A stretch of 20,000 nucleotides of DNA from Candidatus Sysuiplasma jiujiangense. Its GTDB lineage: Archaea; Thermoplasmatota; Thermoplasmata; Sysuiplasmatales; Sysuiplasmataceae. Under the pieces are notes generated by a model, which was not told where the DNA came from, ran no database searches, and saw only the letters and a program-made list of their open reading frames with translations. Where the stretch lies: assembly GCA_019721075.1 (NCBI GenBank), contig JAHEAD010000004.1:117675-137674 (forward strand), in the 5' to 3' direction. Both the position numbers and the translations under genes were made by a program. Below are positions 17,525 through 20,000 of this stretch, piece by piece (position 1 is the stretch's first letter; each line of letters starts with the position of its first letter).

Positions 17525-18154
17525 TTACTGCACTATGTTTGCAAATGCAATCGTGCCGCTCATCTTTCCTATCCTGATCTTCACCGTGGAACCTTTCTGT
17601 GCCCCGGGAATGTATATGATGTACCTGTCCAGGCGCGCAACGCCGTCTCCCCTCGAACCGACATCCTCAATCCTCACCTCGAGCACGGAACCCTCCTTCA
17701 GCGAATTGTCCTCTTCCGCCTTAACTGTCTTCTTGACATGCACCGGCCTCTTCGCGCCGCAAGCCTCGCATTCAAGCAGGAGTATCCTTCCTTCCTTTAC
17801 CATCCTAGTGTCCGGTCTTCCGCATTCAGAACATATTACGAAAACGTCCGTGTATTCCTTGAGCTTCTCGTCGACCTGCATTGGATTCAGCTTTGACTTG
17901 AACACGGCGCGTCGTCCCTCGAGCGTACCTGCTGTCCCCATTTCGCGCAGCAGATACTGCAGGAGATGCTGCGGATCCCTCCTCAGCTTTTCCGCTATGT
18001 CCATGAAATTCCTGAATACCGAACTCTTCCCCTCGGCAATCAGATCAGGCTCCGGGATCTGGAACCTCTCGCCGCTTGAAATCGCCTCAGGCATTTCGCT
18101 CTTTGCCCTCTTGAGCAGTTCCCTGTAATTCAACGCGTCCTGCGAATCGGTCAT
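17525..18154 (-). CDS. eif2b: Translation initiation factor 2 subunit beta with C-terminal TRAM domain
   Basis: YRELLKRA, ERFQIP, LREMGTAG, CSECGRPDT...CEACGA zinc ribbon, then IEDVGSRGDGVARLDRYIIYIPGA (TRAM). Confidence 0.96.
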   Translation of the reverse strand: MTDSQDALNYRELLKRAKSEMPEAISSGERFQIPEPDLIAEGKSSVFRNFMDIAEKLRRDPQHLLQYLLREMGTAGTLEGRRAVFKSKLNPMQVDEKLKEYTDVFVICSECGRPDTRMVKEGRILLLECEACGAKRPVHVKKTVKAEEDNSLKEGSVLEVRIEDVGSRGDGVARLDRYIIYIPGAQKGSTVKIRIGKMSGTIAFANIVQ

Positions 18155-18190
18155 TTTTTTATTCCTGCATGCATAGTTAAACCATCATGA

Positions 18191-18198
18191 ATATAAAG
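18191..18198 (-). promoter_or_regulatory. Putative TATA box for the eif2b-presenilin unit
   Basis: CTTTATAT on the minus strand about 36 nt upstream of ATG 18154. Confidence 0.55.
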
Positions 18199-18227
18199 CG
18201 ATCGGAAGAATGCGGCAGTTTGATAAT

Positions 18228-19847
18228 TCAGCCTGAAACACCGTATTTCTGCCTGATCGCCGCCCTGATCAGCCCGAGATGCAGCGGCGATGGTTTGTTG
18301 GGTCTTGACTTGAATTCGGGATGGAACTGCGAACCCATGAAGTAGTCTGCAGCTCCAATCTCTGCTATTTCCATCCTCCTTCCATCCTCGGACTTGCCTG
18401 AGAATTTAATCCCCTTGGACATGAAATCGGCTATCATCTCCGGGTTGACCTCGTATCTGTGCCTGTGCCGTTCAAAGATGCTGCCTGAGCCGTAGAGCTG
18501 CATAGCCCTGCTCCCTTCTTCAACGATTATCTTATGCGATCCAAGTCTCATCGTGCCTCCCTTGTCACTCACGTTCTTCTGCTCGGGCAGCAGGTCAATC
18601 ACCGGATATGGCGTGTCTGGATTGAATTCGGTGCTGTTTGCATCTTTCAGGTCCAGAACATTTCGTGCAAATTCAATGAGCGCACATTGAAATCCGAGGC
18701 AGACACCGAGATAGGGTTTGTTGGTCTGTCTTGCAAATCCTGCCGCAGAAATCTTGCCCTCCACCCCTCTGTGGCCGAATCCTCCCGGGACGAGGACTGC
18801 ATCCATTTTGGACAGTACGGCATCTGCGCCTCTCCGCTCTATATCTTCGGCCTCAATGAATTTTGCATCCACCCTGCAGCTGGTCTCTGCAGCGACATGA
18901 TGAAAGGCCTCTATATGGCTGATGTAGGCATCCGAAAGATCCGTGTATTTTCCGACTACCGCTACCTGGACACTGTATTTCGGGTTCGTTAGCCTGCTGT
19001 AAAAATCCTTCCATGCCGACATATCCGGCCTTCCTTCAGGGAGGGAGAATTTCCTGAGTACATATTCCGCCAGGTGCTGCTCTTCGAGCAGCATCGGAAT
19101 GCCGTAAATGGACGGCAGATTTGGAGCGCTGATCACACCCTCAACCGGCACATCGCAGAAGAGTGAAATTTTCTCTTTGATGTCTTTCTCTATCTCTCTT
19201 TCCGCCCTTGCCACAATGATGTCCGGATCAATGCCGATCGCCCTGAGTTCCTTGACCGAATGCTGTGTGGGTTTAGTCTTCTGCTCGCCCACCGAACCGA
19301 CTTCGGGAACAAGAGTCGTATGCACAAAGAGGCAGTTGCGCGTTCCGCCCCTGTCGAGGTCCATACGCATTTGCCTTACAGCTTCAAGGAACGGCATGGA
19401 CTCTATGTCTCCAACCGTTCCGCCCAGCTCGACCACGACTATGTCAGCACCAGAGTTTTCCGCAACCCTCGCAATCTCATTTTTTATTTCGTTGGTTACG
19501 TGGGGGATTATCTGTACAGTCCTTCCCAGGTACGCTCCCTTCCGTTCTTTGCTGATTACCCTGAAATAGACCTTTCCCGTAGTTATGTTGTGATCGCTCG
19601 ACAGGTTGGTGTCAAGGAAGCGTTCATAAGTTCCCAGATCAAGGTCAACCTCGCCGCCGTCGTCGAGAACAAAAACCTCGCCGTGTTCAAACGGATTCAT
19701 CGTTCCGGCATCCGTATTGAGGTAAGGATCGATCTTTATTGCGGAAACCCTGTATCCCCGTGAAACCAGAAGCCTTCCAAGTGAGGCAGCAGTTGTTCCC
19801 TTTCCAAGGCCGGAAATCACTCCGCCCGTGACAAAAATATATTTCAT
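18228..19847 (-). CDS. pyrG: CTP synthase
   Basis: [47 protein letters not shown] nucleophile, RHRHRYE, QFHPE. Start placed at ATG 19847. Confidence 0.99.
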   Translation of the reverse strand: MKYIFVTGGVISGLGKGTTAASLGRLLVSRGYRVSAIKIDPYLNTDAGTMNPFEHGEVFVLDDGGEVDLDLGTYERFLDTNLSSDHNITTGKVYFRVISKERKGAYLGRTVQIIPHVTNEIKNEIARVAENSGADIVVVELGGTVGDIESMPFLEAVRQMRMDLDRGGTRNCLFVHTTLVPEVGSVGEQKTKPTQHSVKELRAIGIDPDIIVARAEREIEKDIKEKISLFCDVPVEGVISAPNLPSIYGIPMLLEEQHLAEYVLRKFSLPEGRPDMSAWKDFYSRLTNPKYSVQVAVVGKYTDLSDAYISHIEAFHHVAAETSCRVDAKFIEAEDIERRGADAVLSKMDAVLVPGGFGHRGVEGKISAAGFARQTNKPYLGVCLGFQCALIEFARNVLDLKDANSTEFNPDTPYPVIDLLPEQKNVSDKGGTMRLGSHKIIVEEGSRAMQLYGSGSIFERHRHRYEVNPEMIADFMSKGIKFSGKSEDGRRMEIAEIGAADYFMGSQFHPEFKSRPNKPSPLHLGLIRAAIRQKYGVSG

Positions 19848-20000
19848 CCAATCACGGGATCGGAAGATTGGCACTGAAAGTATTTCAATCTTCTGTCGTC
19901 GCCTATGGCGGCCATAAAGGGTTAGGAAAATAAGCGTTTTTGATTCGATTTTTGAATTGCCAGTGTGCTCGGACCGAAGAGTCTAAATAGTTAGTAGTAT

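Noticed and set aside
17535..18128. 197-aa plus-strand ORF
   Set aside because: Antisense shadow of eif2b.
1..20000. CRISPR array, tRNA/rRNA, transposase, integrase or defence system
   Set aside because: No regularly spaced repeats, cloverleaf/T-loop motifs or corresponding protein motifs were seen. Nearly all of the sequence is explained by housekeeping genes.

Overview
Archaeal chromosomal housekeeping region, probably from a Thermoplasmatota member (inferred from the PsmA N-terminus MQPGQMAYDRAITVF, the aIF2-beta-TRAM fusion and the gene order). From 11144 down to 1 the minus strand carries srp19, nnr, two metallophosphoesterases, a Cys-rich RING/PHD-like plus zinc-ribbon protein, ftsZ, and then the exosome/proteasome superoperon (pop5, psmA, SBDS, rrp4, rrp41, rrp42, rpl37ae, rpoP, pcc1, pfdB and a truncated DHH phosphoesterase). 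rpoP and the DHH gene are absent from the supplied ORF track and were translated by hand. A plus-strand LOG-family/tldD/pmbA block separates srp19 from rps8e. After rps8e come a SAM methyltransferase with a His-rich N-terminus, an unexplained 450-bp gap, a presenilin-like GxGD protease, aIF2-beta-TRAM and pyrG. No tRNA, rRNA, CRISPR array or mobile element was seen. The best candidate for something undescribed is the multi-zinc-finger gene directly upstream of ftsZ, together with a palindrome cluster next to the ftsZ TATA box. This remains an inference.
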